This document shows, in pieces, positions 51,588 through 63,500 of a DNA stretch of 64,000 nucleotides. A program made the translations under genes and the position numbers. How positions within the stretch are numbered: position 1 is the first letter of the stretch; each line of letters starts with the position of its first letter. This DNA is from Perkinsus chesapeaki ATCC PRA-425 (Eukaryota > Protista > Perkinsozoa), in NCBI GenBank assembly GCA_013115145.1, contig JAAPAO010000010.1, positions 87,611 through 151,610 of the forward strand. The letters run 5' to 3'. The notes under the pieces are model-generated. The model was given only the letters and a program-made list of their open reading frames with translations. It was not told where the DNA came from and made no database searches.

Positions 51588-53851
51588 ATGGGAGCGTATC
51601 GTTCAAAGCCCCAAACTGATAAAGAGACTGACGATGGTTCCGATCCCAGAATTGTATTTGGGAGCTCGGCAATGCAAGGTAGTAGTGGCAGCGGCGGCGG
51701 CGAGGTAAATGGATAATGCTTAAGTCTCAATGCTCAGGATGGCGGTCAACTATGGAGGATGCCCATGTCCATCAACTACACTTCAATGGCAAGGATGATG
51801 AGGGACTTTTTGCAGTTTTCGACGGGCACGGGGGCAAAGAAGTTGCCCTATTCTGCGCCGTAATAATAGCGTAACTGGATGAGGCTGCTGCTGCTGTCAT
51901 TCATACGGCTCGGGATCGAATCCGTAGTATAGAATCATTTTATCCTCGTATTTACAGCGACACTTCCCTGAATGCATGGCATCGTTAGAAGAGTACAAGA
52001 AAGGAAATTACAAGGAGGCGATGCGGAAGGCGTATCTTAAGCTCGACGAAATGATGCAAGATTCAAAGTACAGGGAGGAGCTTATTGAGCTAATACGGTG
52101 AGTTGAGATATTCGATGGATTGATGATGTTACGGTAAAGTGTATATAGGCTCGGAGATGGTAATGATACGTCGGAGGATGATGGATATGAAAGGAAGGGA
52201 GGCCAAAGCAAGTTGCCAATGCATGAGCTCACACAAGCTGGATGTGATAATGCTGTATGAGGGATGCTTTTAGGATGAGATGATGGTGTTTAGGTACTGC
52301 GGCGTCGTGCCATATCGTGTACAATAAGAGCATAACAATATCTAATGCTGGTGACTCTAGAGTAGTCCTATGCAGAGGTAATTAGTCACGACGGAGGGGG
52401 CAGCGGCGGTGGTAGTGCTTTATAGGTGATGAGTCCGGTACAAAGGCTGTACCACTCACTGAAGATCATAAACCAGATCTTAAGGAGGAAGCTGACCGTA
52501 ACACTGACCGCTTGTTGGCTTTGTTAGTATTGCTTTGAGGCTCCAGGTATCCACAAGGCTGGAGGGATTGTCATGCAGGGAAGAGTTAATGGCAACCTCA
52601 ATCTCACGCGAGCTATAGGCGACTTCAGGTAGGGACCGGAAGGGGGGCCTGGGGAGGATATTCGGGTAGTTATAAACAAGATCATATGCTGAAGCCAGAG
52701 GAGCAGATGATAACGGCGAATCCAGATGTATCTACGATACCGATAACAGATGATGACCAATTCCTGGTGATTCCGTGGTGGGGTGGGTAGAAGTATATAA
52801 GTATGTGACAGGTACTTGGCTGCGATGGAGTGTGGGAAATATTAGATAATGAAGGAGTTGTTGATTATGTGAGTGGTGGTTATGGCAATGAGCTTGCTGT
52901 TGAAGAGGCTGGGGTAGGTATCACCATTGGTGAGGCGTGCAAGGGTACTTCGGAAGGAAGGTCATGGAGATGATGAGGATGCCAAGTTGAGCACGGTAAG
53001 TAACTGACTATCGGATGCTGATGCGATAATGGCTTGTTGAGTAATATGTATTCTACTAGAGGTAACCCTGCTCTTGGTAAAACATGAGACGTCGTATTAA
53101 GTAGTATGGGATTATGATACGGTCATCATCTCAACTAGTAGTAGCAGTCGTATAGTGTCGGTTGGCTAGCAACTAAGGTGCTGGAGGAAAACACATCTTG
53201 TGGAAATTTTGTGATCAATAAGTTGCATCGTACGATTTCCTCCTTACGGACGAAAATGTCAGCAAAAATTAGCAATCTACTTAGAAAACAGCATTTAGAT
53301 GTTATTGATAGCCGCCCCAACCCAATCCGGTGTGCTCTGTTATCCTCTTCAGGTGGCATCACAACTCCTTGACGCCATCCTCAGCCCGAATGTCTCCAGT
53401 AGCTATGGCCTTGGCTGTGACAATATGAGCTGTGTACGACGACGACGCCGAGTTTATCTCGCCTCCGCACTTCACTTTACTTCCTTTCAGATTATTGTTG
53501 ACCTTCGCCCGACCGATCCGGACTCACTTCCAGACAAGCCGATGCCAGAGCCAAAGTCTTTGGCGGCGGCGGCGAGTGTTGAGGATTCTCCGAGAACCAT
53601 TGGAGATCTCCCGTATGAGGAGACGGCGGCAAGCGAGTCTGATAAGAGAAAGGTAAGCTCTTTAGAAAGGGAATGGTATAGAGTGTTTGAGTAGGCTGGC
53701 AAAAACAATGGTTCTAGCAAGCATAACAAATCAAATATGGTAAGCCCCCGTGAATAGTTTAAATACGCAATGCAACGCTGTGTGTTGTCAGACGACCGAT
53801 GCTGCTGCTGCCTTGAAGGATGATGATGATGATGATATCTTATCATCATAG
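51588..53851 (+). CDS. Protein phosphatase 2C (PPM1G-like), multi-exon; last exon inferred
   Basis: MGAY start (possible myristoylation), SAMQG|WRSTMEDAH, VFDGHGG, NAGDSR, EDHKP, GRVNGNLNLTRAIGD, CDGVWE and GCDNMS. Confidence 0.93.
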
Positions 53852-55316
53852 ATGGATGAATTGTCATCACACTACAGCTTAAACAATAGTATCTGTCTAG
53901 TGTGTGATCATCATCATCATGTACAATTACCTAGAAGTCTACTTCAACAACTACTGATACATGATGATGATATCATCATCATCTTTGGTAGCAGCAGCAG
54001 CAGTAGTATCATCGTTATTGTAAGGCTATCGCTAACCATCTCGTCGTCGTCGTCATTGTCGACCAGGATAGCTGTAGCTAACAGCAGCAGTTGATGATGG
54101 CGGCAGTGGTATAGCTCAATAACTTGATGATTACTAATGATACTTCACAAGTACTGTGCATATTTGTCACGCTCCTTAATTTGACTACCGTCATCATCAT
54201 TATTCTCGCTGCTAATTCCCACCTTCTGTTGTTATTGCCACTGTGATGGTCGTCCAAGCCTAGCTCACAGCCCCACCACCACCATATCGCTTGGTTATCA
54301 TTATCACAACCCTCGTCAGTCCTCCTGCTCCTCGATCTCACTGTATTATCTCAAGCAGTAGCTTGTAGTATTTGGGAGAAGTTCATATTAACCCGTATGG
54401 GCCACCGCCATATTCAGCAAGTATTGCTGCGACTACTGCCAGCGTTGGCAGCACCAGCAATAGTTTGCTTACAAGATAGAAGGTCCCATACTATTGAGGA
54501 GGATGATGACGATGTTGTTGAACTGCCACTGATTTGGAATGGTAATCATTTAACTTCTCTCTTGTGTGAAAGATAAAAACCCTTTGAACAACAACAACAC
54601 TCAGTGCAGCTTCTATGACATTTTTCAGTGTTTAGTTTATACAAGTGTGCCATCTAATAACACATTCTGATAACAAACTAAACCCTATAAACCTGATAAC
54701 CGCCGTCAACTGCTATTCATTAACTCCATGTTGGACCGTGACGCAGCGCGACTGGAGCCGTGTCCATCCTCATGAGGCCTCAAATCGAATAATTGCTGAG
54801 GTTGATAGCGGAATTTGGGCAATGGTACACACCATAACAGGCTGGTACTTTTCCATCTCTATCGGTCACGCAATGAGAGGCTTCGAAAAGTTTGCGTGAG
54901 ATCGCGTGCTTAAAACGTGATTTGTGCTACCGAAGGGACAGCACAACACAAAAGTATATAAGCTATGGGCCCCCACTAGGTACTCACTTTGAATATCTTA
55001 AAAATCTAATAATCGCTACCGGACTCAGCACGTACAAAATAGCAGCACAGCAATACACAGTTGATCCAAGGACACGCTGGGACGGAAGCTTATAGGACCA
55101 AGGCGGCCGGTTCGTACAATAAACGTTGTGAGATCCTTCGGGTATGTCGGGAGTATGTCGTATCAAGTTTGCTGTAGCCTAGCCGAAGGTTTGAGTGTGT
55201 AGGATGTGCCGTGTATTCCGGTATATTGAGGTGGGGCTCTCAGGGCCGTCGCTGCTCCGTTCACATCTAGATTAACATTATTGTGTCAGCCTTATTATTT
55301 TCGCTCTTTCTTTCCC

Positions 55317-56594
55317 ATGTATAACCCTATCAAGACCATTGCCCTCACAGTTGTCGCTTTTACATTGCTGAACAGAGCTGGAGCTAATGCATCCCTCCGA
55401 GGCTTGAGTTCCTGCCTTACTACTGGAGATGCTTTCTGTCAAAATCCACAAGTTCAAGGGCCTGGTTCCTATTGCACTACTAACTCTCATGTATGTCACG
55501 GTGGGGTTATACCTTGTAACTGTGTCGATGCAAGTGAAGATCAGTTGTCTAAGTTACTTGGCGGTGGTCATGTTGTCAATGAAGTTGTTACTAAAGGCGC
55601 CGCTCCTCGACAGAACACGGCTCGTGTACTCACGCATCAACCTCCGAAAGCTTCGGCTAGAGTGGACGGTTCCTTCATGTGGGTTGAGTTCCCTGAGATC
55701 TATGATCTGAATGCTCTTAGTTCTTATTACGATAAGATCTACAATCATATTATGGGTAATCAGATTGGTATGGGATACAGTCAAGTGGTTGTACGTGTTA
55801 CAACTCCTGATGATGCTCTTACTGGTACCAGGAGCTCTCCCCTTTATACCCACTTGCTTAACCGAATTGCTGGAAAGATGCAAGTTCTCTGCTACCCCGA
55901 TGTCACCACCAACCACGGGAAGCGCGACCAATGGGTAGCCGCCTCCCCTATTGGATCTTTCCTTGACGGTGCTATCCAATATGCTGCTCGAAATGGTGAT
56001 ATCTTCACCGGTGTAGTCTATGATACCGAGGAGTTTACAGGCACCCCGTCCTACAATAAGCTGCTGAATAACGACAACTCTGAGATCAGAATGGCAGCTT
56101 CTGAAGGACTAACTACAGCTTTAACTTGTGGCTTCGATGAAGTCACTCGTCCTGATAATCGCGGTTCTAAGTTCCTCAATACCGTCGATCATTTATATCT
56201 TCAGATGTATGACTTCTACAACAACGCTGGTAAACCTATTGCTAGCTCTCCCTCCTCGACGCCTTTCGTCACTCACCAGAATGACGCCAATGGTATGTAT
56301 AACTACCTTTTCAGCGGTAAGAGTGATGTGAAGGCCGTCAAGTACACCGAGTCCTCGTATACTAAATACTCTCAACAAGGCAAAATCTCCATGATGTGGT
56401 CTACGTCTTTCAATACGTCTCCGGACTGTATTCACCCCCTGAATGGCCAGTGCGGCGATACTAAAGCCCATTACGAATTCGGCGTGTGGGAAGGCTCGCC
56501 TTTTGTGTCATTCCTTGCCAACGTGAAGGGCTCGTATCCGCAGGCTCCTCAGGGTGTCATGCAATTTGCCTTTATGCCCAAAAGCTGGGAGTAA
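55317..56594 (+). CDS. Secreted GH18-like (chitinase-fold) protein with a 6-Cys N-terminal module, copy 1, intronless
   Basis: Signal-peptide-like start, Cys-rich module, linker, then FTGVVYDTEE (cf. FDGxDxDxE), VDHLYLQMYDF (cf. DxxNxMxYD) and GVMQF near the C-terminus. Confidence 0.6.
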   Translation: MYNPIKTIALTVVAFTLLNRAGANASLRGLSSCLTTGDAFCQNPQVQGPGSYCTTNSHVCHGGVIPCNCVDASEDQLSKLLGGGHVVNEVVTKGAAPRQNTARVLTHQPPKASARVDGSFMWVEFPEIYDLNALSSYYDKIYNHIMGNQIGMGYSQVVVRVTTPDDALTGTRSSPLYTHLLNRIAGKMQVLCYPDVTTNHGKRDQWVAASPIGSFLDGAIQYAARNGDIFTGVVYDTEEFTGTPSYNKLLNNDNSEIRMAASEGLTTALTCGFDEVTRPDNRGSKFLNTVDHLYLQMYDFYNNAGKPIASSPSSTPFVTHQNDANGMYNYLFSGKSDVKAVKYTESSYTKYSQQGKISMMWSTSFNTSPDCIHPLNGQCGDTKAHYEFGVWEGSPFVSFLANVKGSYPQAPQGVMQFAFMPKSWE

Positions 56595-57978
56595 ACTATC
56601 TTCACTTCACAGTCATTTGACTATCCTTTCGTGCTTCAAGTATTGACGGTAAAGACCTACTTGTTAACAACTGCACTGCGAACGAACATCTATTGCGACT
56701 TCTAAACCGAACATTGTAAGCTCGGTTGATTATGAAGCGCTTTCTAGTTTCGGCGGCAATCGATCGTCGAAACGCATTTTTCCCTTTGTCACCTTGGTGT
56801 CATTGCCTACTGTCTCGATGGTTTGTGATCCTTGTTATCACTCACCCGATTTAACGATAAGCCTGCTTTTTGTAAGCTTTGTCGTCCTTTTCACTCGTTT
56901 GCTATTGGTCATGTAGGAATCGTTCCCGTCGATACTTGTGATCACGCTAAACTTAAACTATCTACATACTATCTGTATGTAGACTTGACAGAGTTCCTTA
57001 TTTTGGAAATCTCTTTCTGCTTATTATTTGTAGGTTTGTTCGATTTGGCTATTCGCAATAATGCTTTGCGGTTAGCAGTGGTTAGAGATTGATAGTGCTT
57101 CAGGCGGCTCTGCTTTCAGGGTGTGATACTGTTGTTACCCTTCGCCAAATGCATGATACTATGCTTTCTCTGGTATAATCCTTTCATTCCTTATCATTTG
57201 ATAACCGAGCGCTTAAATAGTGAAGTCTATTCAATAGACCCATCTCTTATGAGAGTCAGCTACGCTGGCGATCATCGTATCGTGCCCTGTGTACTGTATG
57301 TTCCTTATCTTGAATAGTTACTTACTGTTCTTCCTGTATTAAGTTATAAAGGTTGATGAGACCACGGTCACTGGCGTGTTGTGTTACTTAGTTGACCTTA
57401 TGTAGGTACCGTACAATACACCCTTGCGACAACAAAACTAAGGATAGTGTATTGACGCCAGCCAAAAAGATATGGTCCAACAGGTGGCACCTTAAGCTGT
57501 CAAACACATGAAAGGAGCTACACAAGGGTCGTACCTAAGGGAAACAATCGCGAAACGATTTTTACACAAACCTTGCAGCTCCACAGTGGAGCCTCCACTG
57601 ACCGAGCTAAGCGACACAATAGTACAGTAGCTCCTATTTCCTACACTAGATAGGAGAGACCAACAGTCGAGTCAGTTACGATCAGTATTCTCCACGCGAT
57701 GCCGATACCTGCACACTGCATCGTGTAGCGAAGACTCCTGCAGCACCAAGGAAGCGGAAACGACGCTTATTATTCAAGGACACAACTGCCTGCAGGATCA
57801 CTGTTATATTTGTGTCCGCATAATTATAGCGCTAGTGTCACCTTGAGTACTAGCCTCGGTGTCTAGCGTCATCTCAAACTCGTTAATCATAACCAAGTGA
57901 GGTTGCTGTGGGATGGTCTCTTCAACAACATTGCTTTAATCTTTTCTTTCGTTAGTTTGTGTAGTTTCTTCTTCTTAA

Positions 57979-59241
57979 ATGCGCAGCTCTTCCACCGTGC
58001 AGTTTCTCCTTATATCTGTTACTACTGTGCTTACCGCACAAGCTACTATGCTACGTGGGTTGAGTTCAACGTGTCTTACAACTGGCGACGAGTTCTGCCA
58101 AGATACTCGAGTACAAGGTCCAGGCTCGTATTGCACAACGAACTCTAATGTATGTCACGGTGGTACTATCCCTTGCAGTTGCGCTATATCAGCACAACAA
58201 CAGCTGCAAGATTATTTAGGTGGAAACGGTGGTAACGACGACAACGAAGAAGTCGTCGGTTCAACTACAAAGGCTGCGCCGAAACCTGAACCTCCAGCAC
58301 CATCTTCTAAGGTGGACGGTTCCTTCATGTGGGTTGAGTTCCCTGAGATCTATGATGTGAATGCTCTTGGTTCTTATTACGATAAGATCTACAATCATAT
58401 TATGGGTAATCAGATTGGTATGGGATATAGTCAAGTGGTTGTACGTGTTACAACTCCTGATGATGCTCTTACTGCTACCAGAAGCTCTCCCCTTTATACC
58501 CACTTGCTTAACCGAATTGCTGGAAAGATGCAGGTTGTCTGCTACCCCGATCTCGGCTCTGATAGCAAGCGCGGTCAATGGACTGCTGCTTCGCCGATGG
58601 GGTCTTATCTGGACGGTGCTATCCAATATGCTGCTCGAAATGGTGATATCTTCACCGGTGTAGTCTATGATACCGAGGAGTTTACAGGCACCCCGTCCTA
58701 CAATAAGCTGCTGAATAACGACAACTCTGAGATCAGAATGGCAGCCTCTGAAGGACTAACTACAGCTTTAACTTGTGGCTTCGATGAAGTCACTCGTCCT
58801 GATAATCGCGGTTCTAAGTTCCTCAATACCGTCGATCATTTATATCTTCAGATGTATGACTTCTACAACAACGCTGGTAAACCTATTGCTAGCTCTCCCT
58901 CCTCGACGCCTTTCGTCGCTCACCAGAATGACGCCAATGGTATGTATAACTACCTTTTCAGCGGTAATAGTGATGTGAAGGCCGTCAAGCAAACTGAGTC
59001 CTCGTATGCTAAATACTCTCAACAAGGCAAAATCTCTATGATGTGGTCTACCTCCTTCAACACCTCTCCGAACTGCATGAAGCCCTTGAATGGACAGTGC
59101 GGTGACACGAAGGCTCATTATGAGTTTGGTGTTTGGGATGGTGTACCGTTTGTTGATTTTGCCAGCAAGGTCAAGGCTGATTACCCGAATGCTCCGCAGG
59201 GTATCATGCAATTTGCCTTTATGCCTCAGAGTTGGGAGTAA
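57979..59241 (+). CDS. Secreted GH18-like protein, tandem paralog copy 2, intronless
   Basis: Same architecture as copy 1, with long near-identical DNA blocks and a different linker. Confidence 0.6.
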   Translation: MRSSSTVQFLLISVTTVLTAQATMLRGLSSTCLTTGDEFCQDTRVQGPGSYCTTNSNVCHGGTIPCSCAISAQQQLQDYLGGNGGNDDNEEVVGSTTKAAPKPEPPAPSSKVDGSFMWVEFPEIYDVNALGSYYDKIYNHIMGNQIGMGYSQVVVRVTTPDDALTATRSSPLYTHLLNRIAGKMQVVCYPDLGSDSKRGQWTAASPMGSYLDGAIQYAARNGDIFTGVVYDTEEFTGTPSYNKLLNNDNSEIRMAASEGLTTALTCGFDEVTRPDNRGSKFLNTVDHLYLQMYDFYNNAGKPIASSPSSTPFVAHQNDANGMYNYLFSGNSDVKAVKQTESSYAKYSQQGKISMMWSTSFNTSPNCMKPLNGQCGDTKAHYEFGVWDGVPFVDFASKVKADYPNAPQGIMQFAFMPQSWE

Positions 59242-60315
59242 GTACATTATGCTATGTGACTGTTTCTAATCTGTTGTTATGTTTTATGTACGATGAATAT
59301 TTTCATCGTATGTTTTCGGTGCTATGTTGCACACGTTTTTTGCGATCATTACGATTGCCCTTGTTGATCCGAGGAATTCGGCTCTCCTGCTCAAGGTGAT
59401 AGATACTGGCTAAAGCCCAGATTCACTGATCTTCCTCGGCTCGTAGGGAGGCGGGATTTGCCCCATTCCATCGATCAACTTGTTTACGGTTGCCTATTAG
59501 GCATTCGCCACTATTCTTCATACTCTCTATACTTCTGGATTGTCATATTGACAACTGACGACTGAATCACCTTGCGCGCGTCCTCTGCTGCCTCCATTGA
59601 TGGTAGACGGTGGAGTTATGTGGCGCACTCTGTTCTTTGCTACGCCAGTCGAGGTACGGTATAATCTTTTATCCGTCCTTGCTTTTGTCTGGTAGCCGAT
59701 ACTGCTGTTACCGGTTACCATATTTGTTTTTCCAGCTCCATAGATCGTTAGTATGCTATCGTATACCTCAGTGTTCTTGGATCCTTTCGTACCGAGAGAA
59801 ATGTTTTGTTCCATCTCTGCTTCGCTAATACAACAATTCTGGTTGCTTTAGTTGAGGCTTTTGGTGATGTGTGTGATTGTTCTATGTTAACGCGTTGGGA
59901 TAGTGTTACGTGCGGCTATACGAGTTGTGTTGTTAAGTATAGTGAATTTGGAGGAAGAGTACGAGGAGATACGATTCCCAATGTTTGCTATACAAGTAAA
60001 AGTTGATGGTGACCGAAGATTGAATGGCAGTAGGTCAGCAGTGCTCTTGTGGCGCTCTGTAACCCCTTGTTAGTAGTGCTTCCCGAGTATAATATATATT
60101 CCGTGTATACCGCAATGCAGTACTTGATACTGTGGCCCACCGGACAACTCAGAACACAACAATTTGAGCTATTAGTGATACCGTGTCTCTCTTTCCCGAG
60201 GTCTAGCACGCTCATCATCTCGTCTGTAATGGTGCCCTACCCGGCCATGATCTCTCTCACGATCATCCTCGCGCCTGAAAGTAGTGTTAGGTAATTTACT
60301 CGCTCTTAACCCCCG

Positions 60316-62260
60316 TTACCTTCTGTCACTAGAACTTCTCTCGCGGTGATGATATCGCGGACTGTCACGATGATCCCTCCTTTCTCGTGACCGACTACTC
60401 CGCCTGTCATCCCGCCGTCGCCGAGAATCTCTGTACCTTCTTCCATCATCTCTTTCTCGATCATTAGGTGGTCGCCGCCTAAGATTATCTTGTGCAGCTA
60501 TACCGGGATAACCAAGCTGGTACCCATCATCTGGCCGCCGCGGTGGCCTTTCTCCCCGAGCTGCTTTCCTCAACTCCTCCCGTTGCTTCTGTCGGATCTC
60601 TCTCCACTGTTTACTCACGCTTTGAGAAAAGTCAACCTTCCCAACACATTAAGGCTCCAACAACGCTTTACCGATCTCACCTTGATTCTCTTATCGTCGA
60701 TCACAACATTTTGCATTTTCACATAGGCCATCTCGCAGGCTTCCTTAGTCTCAAATTCTATAAAAGCGTATTGAAGACTTTCACCGGTCTTAAAGTCTCG
60801 TACAACATCGCAACTCTTGATCTGCCAACCGAAACCGTCAATCCCCCCTCGCGACGCAAAATCCTACCGGACCAAATCGCTCAAATATCGTCCGTAGGTC
60901 ATCGTCTTCAGTGACCTCATTGAGCTGGCACACGAAAAGCTCCTTATCCGAGGCTTTCGACTAACCAATCAACCCGTATTCAACTATCCCTGCTTCCACC
61001 CGCATAGCTACTACCTCAGCATCGGGAAGGTCTCCCATGAGTTCTAAGCCGATGGACTGTGCCTGGGCTTGGGCTGTGGCGCGACGCTCTTCTATCTCCT
61101 CCTAATAACGTCCGCTATGGTGTGATACGAGGCGGACTCTAGCCTCACTTCTTCTTGATCATCGAGATTAGTTTGCAGTTTCTCATCGATAATCTCGTCA
61201 GGACTTGGCGGTTCCTCTGCTGGCCAATCTGCCGGGTCCGGGAAGGGATCGTCAAGAACCTTGACAACAGGTGAGCCCCCCTCAACCCAGTTACACTACC
61301 GCTGTGTGCTTTATACGTATAGGGTTATACGGATGATTCTCCTCATCAACAAATACCTCGTTCATCTTACGAAGTACGTCATCACCGTCACCTGCAGGGA
61401 CGTACCTGCACTTTGGACACTCGAATTAAACCTTTCCAAATCCCCCCGATATACTCACCCGAATATTGTATGTTTCCCATCAAGGTAAGATACCTCATCC
61501 CTGAGAGTAATATAAAACTGCATACCGTTCTCTCCCGGTTCAGTTGAAGCCATCGCAACAGTGCCTATAAAAACAGCTCGAGGGAGGTTGGAAAAGTTGA
61601 AAAGTAATACCCAGTCGGTCGTGTTTCAAGTCCGGTCGAATCTCATCCGTGATGAAGGGTGACGGCTCCTCCTCCCCTGCCATTTTAGCTAGGCGATAAG
61701 CGGCACTAGTGTTGTCTTCGGGTCCACCAATCTCGCATATGAAATCCGCCTGTATTGTGTGGATAAGAGCGTTATTATACGCCTTTAGTTTGCACAGCTT
61801 TATCTGAACCACAAGGAATTTGGACACAGTGAAAAGAACGATAATTCGCATTTCTCTTTAAGATCACGCCACCAGTGATTTCTTAACACCTTCTTCGCGT
61901 GGGGATATGTTGGAACCCTAGAATGCACTACAGTAAATGAAAATGAAGAATGAATTCCTATATAAAGTGAAAATCATGCAGGTTCTCTCTTCCGGCAGCG
62001 TACGGAGAAAAATCGCCTAAGTTCCCGTTATTTGCTAAACGAAATGATAACCGGTTGTTGCGATAGCAAACAAAGAAGTGGAGAAGAGCATGCGTGCGGT
62101 GCGTATAAGAGCGCGTATATATTAATAGCGGGAGTAGATCCGAGCCAACCAAGCCAGATTGCCGTCCCTTTAGTACAAAGTTCTCACAAGTTTTGGGCGC
62201 CTTCTTAACCTCCAGATCCACCACAATCTCGCCGACACTGGTGTCGAGGAGGACAGACAT
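60316..62260 (-). CDS. PPIL4: Cyclophilin-RRM protein PPIL4/CYP59
   Basis: [28 protein letters not shown]|[11 protein letters not shown]..., the cyclophilin core, RRM PDDVLFVCQL...[11 protein letters not shown]-type exons with YAFIEF, and an Arg/Asp-rich C-terminus. Confidence 0.9.
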
Positions 62261-62822
62261 TGAAGGGGAGGCGAATCGCTAACTGAAAGAAGCCATCAAC
62301 CGCTTAATACATGGACTATGGTGCAAAGGGTTATCTTAATTGGTATTCATCGCACAGTGTAATGTACAGTAAAATCTCTAGTCTTCAAAAGCATTGCTGT
62401 AGACCGCCCGTACACCATAACACCAAATCCTGTTGAAGAACATGCCGTGTAATGCTGGTCATCAAATCGATTGATACTAGTCAACGCAATATCAAACTCG
62501 GTCGACCCTCTCTTCTCATGGCACCCGTTACATACTTCAATTAGAAAAGAAATTTAGTCTCACCGGCTGTGGCATCCGTTGTCCCAAATAGCAAGCGTTG
62601 ATAACGAGTAAATAACATACTGACAGTGTTAACTTAACATTGATAGCAGTGTCTTTCTTGCCGGAGATCGAGCGCAAGCACTTGCTCCCTTACAATCCAA
62701 CGGCGACCATTTGCACTAAATGTGCACGATGGAGCATCATGCAGTTTTGGTGTTTACAGAAACCTTGCTGGTCGCAATTTCATCCTGTAGGCGCTAACAA
62801 ATTATTTCCCTCTCTTTCTAGT

Positions 62823-63500
62823 ATGAACACGTACACCGTCACAGTTTTCTTGGTACTGGCTGCGACCACGTTGGGTCAGATAGACTTCAGCGGCATTCAG
62901 CTTGACCTTCCAGGAGTCTCGGGAACTACTGAGTCACCTCAGAGTACCACTGCGGTAGCTGCCGGCGGGATCGACTTCAGTGGCATCCAACTGGACCCAC
63001 CGATCGAACCATGGACGGCCAAGACGATGCCGGAAAGCTCAACAACTCCGGGATTTGACTTCAGTGGCATCTCCCTGGACCCTGTTGACCTTTCGGTGAA
63101 GGCTTCGACCGCACCGGTCACTACTGCGGTGGTACTCGAAGGGCTAGACTTCAGCGGCATCCAATTGGACCCACTGGTCGATGCAGAACCGACAAGCTCA
63201 ACAACTCCGGGATTTGATTTAAGTGACATTTCCCTGGAGCCTGTTGTGTCTTCGGCAACTGCTTCGGCCGTAGTACCAGTTACCACTGTGGTGACTGAAG
63301 GGGTTGACCTTAGTGACAGCCACATTGGAACGACTGTTGTTCCCGAGACGACCTCACAAGGTCATGTGGGCCTACTGGTGGCCGTATTGGCGATCGGCAT
63401 ACTCTTGTTGTGCGCCAGCATTGGCCAACTATGGCTGGCAACCAAGTTGCTGTCCAGGACATCGATCGCATTTCGGGACCTAGAACGAGGAGGAGGGTAA
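62823..63500 (+). CDS. Type I membrane mucin-like protein with repeated DFSGIxLD motifs
   Basis: Signal peptide MNTYTVTVFLVLAATTLG, a Thr/Ser/Pro-rich ectodomain with six DFSGI-like motifs, TM helix VGLLVAVLAIGILLLCASIG and a short tail. Confidence 0.75.
   Translation: MNTYTVTVFLVLAATTLGQIDFSGIQLDLPGVSGTTESPQSTTAVAAGGIDFSGIQLDPPIEPWTAKTMPESSTTPGFDFSGISLDPVDLSVKASTAPVTTAVVLEGLDFSGIQLDPLVDAEPTSSTTPGFDLSDISLEPVVSSATASAVVPVTTVVTEGVDLSDSHIGTTVVPETTSQGHVGLLVAVLAIGILLLCASIGQLWLATKLLSRTSIAFRDLERGGG

Noticed and set aside
54670-54700. Telomere-like CTAAACCCTATAAACCT
   Set aside because: Only one or two degenerate units with no array.
55554-59247. Antisense ORFs overlapping the GH18-like genes
   Set aside because: Antisense shadows of long coding frames, duplicated only because the sense genes are duplicated.
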